Source: Gammaproteobacteria bacterium
GTDB lineage: Bacteria; Pseudomonadota; Gammaproteobacteria; Beggiatoales; Beggiatoaceae
DNA length: 12,818 nt
Direction of reading: 5' to 3'
NCBI GenBank assembly: GCA_003645255.1
Contig: QNES01000128.1
Location: 1-12,818, forward strand
Below, piece by piece: positions 12,750-12,818 of this stretch. The notes under the pieces are model-generated. The model was not told the DNA's origin, did not search any database, and worked only from the letters and a program-made list of their open reading frames with translations. The translations under genes were made by a program, and so were the position numbers. Within the stretch, counting starts at the first letter, position 1; each line of letters begins with the position of its first letter.

Positions 12750-12818
12750 CAACATTGTGGACTAGGGAGTATCAACCCTTTATCCCCTCGCTTGCACTTG
12801 GGGTTACTTTTTTTCAAC

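Noticed and set aside
12715-12818. Looked for the DUF4160 N-terminal MPTI...DHNPPHFH segment on the minus strand
   Set aside because: No frame shows the motif. The gene is decayed or continues beyond the window, so no N-terminal CDS was called.

Overview
The window is AT-rich, gene-dense, mosaic accessory DNA that reads like a defense or addiction island, with ordinary housekeeping-type genes on the minus strand at the right end.

Left to right:
- 1..406: the 3' end of a Type ISP/IIG restriction-modification enzyme gene.
- 407..2181: a ~1.8 kb mosaic insert carrying an Excalibur-domain lipoprotein, a frameshifted ParA-like fragment and a BrnT/BrnA toxin-antitoxin pair. It is bracketed by a second, ~90% identical copy of the last ~68 codons of the RM gene at 2182..2385.
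- 2395..2510: a promoter region packed with nested palindromes.
- 2551..4208: a TMEM43/DUF1625-family membrane protein gene split by a frameshift inside an A8 homopolymer. It carries an unusual C-terminal 6x tandem 12-aa repeat.
- 4346..7557: a tightly coupled three-gene operon that is the most interesting candidate here for an undescribed defense system. It encodes a DUF262 (ParB/Srx-fold) protein, a RecF/ABC-like ATPase with a DUF3696 C-terminus, and an unknown 321-aa protein whose C-terminus looks RelE/ParE-like.
- 7558..7853: a convergent-terminator region with a three-way-junction-like structured element.
- Minus strand: an orphan NuoE/HoxE-like 2Fe-2S protein, a small palindromic MITE-like element, a glycine-rich RRM RNA-binding protein, and a yqiJ(NfeD)-yqiK(flotillin) operon.
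- Minus strand, right end: a translationally coupled hypothetical plus immunity-like gene pair, an HTH-XRE remnant, and a decayed DUF4160 / intact DUF2442 cassette with a palindromic operator.

No rRNA, tRNA or CRISPR was seen. Domain assignments come from motif recognition by eye, not database searches.
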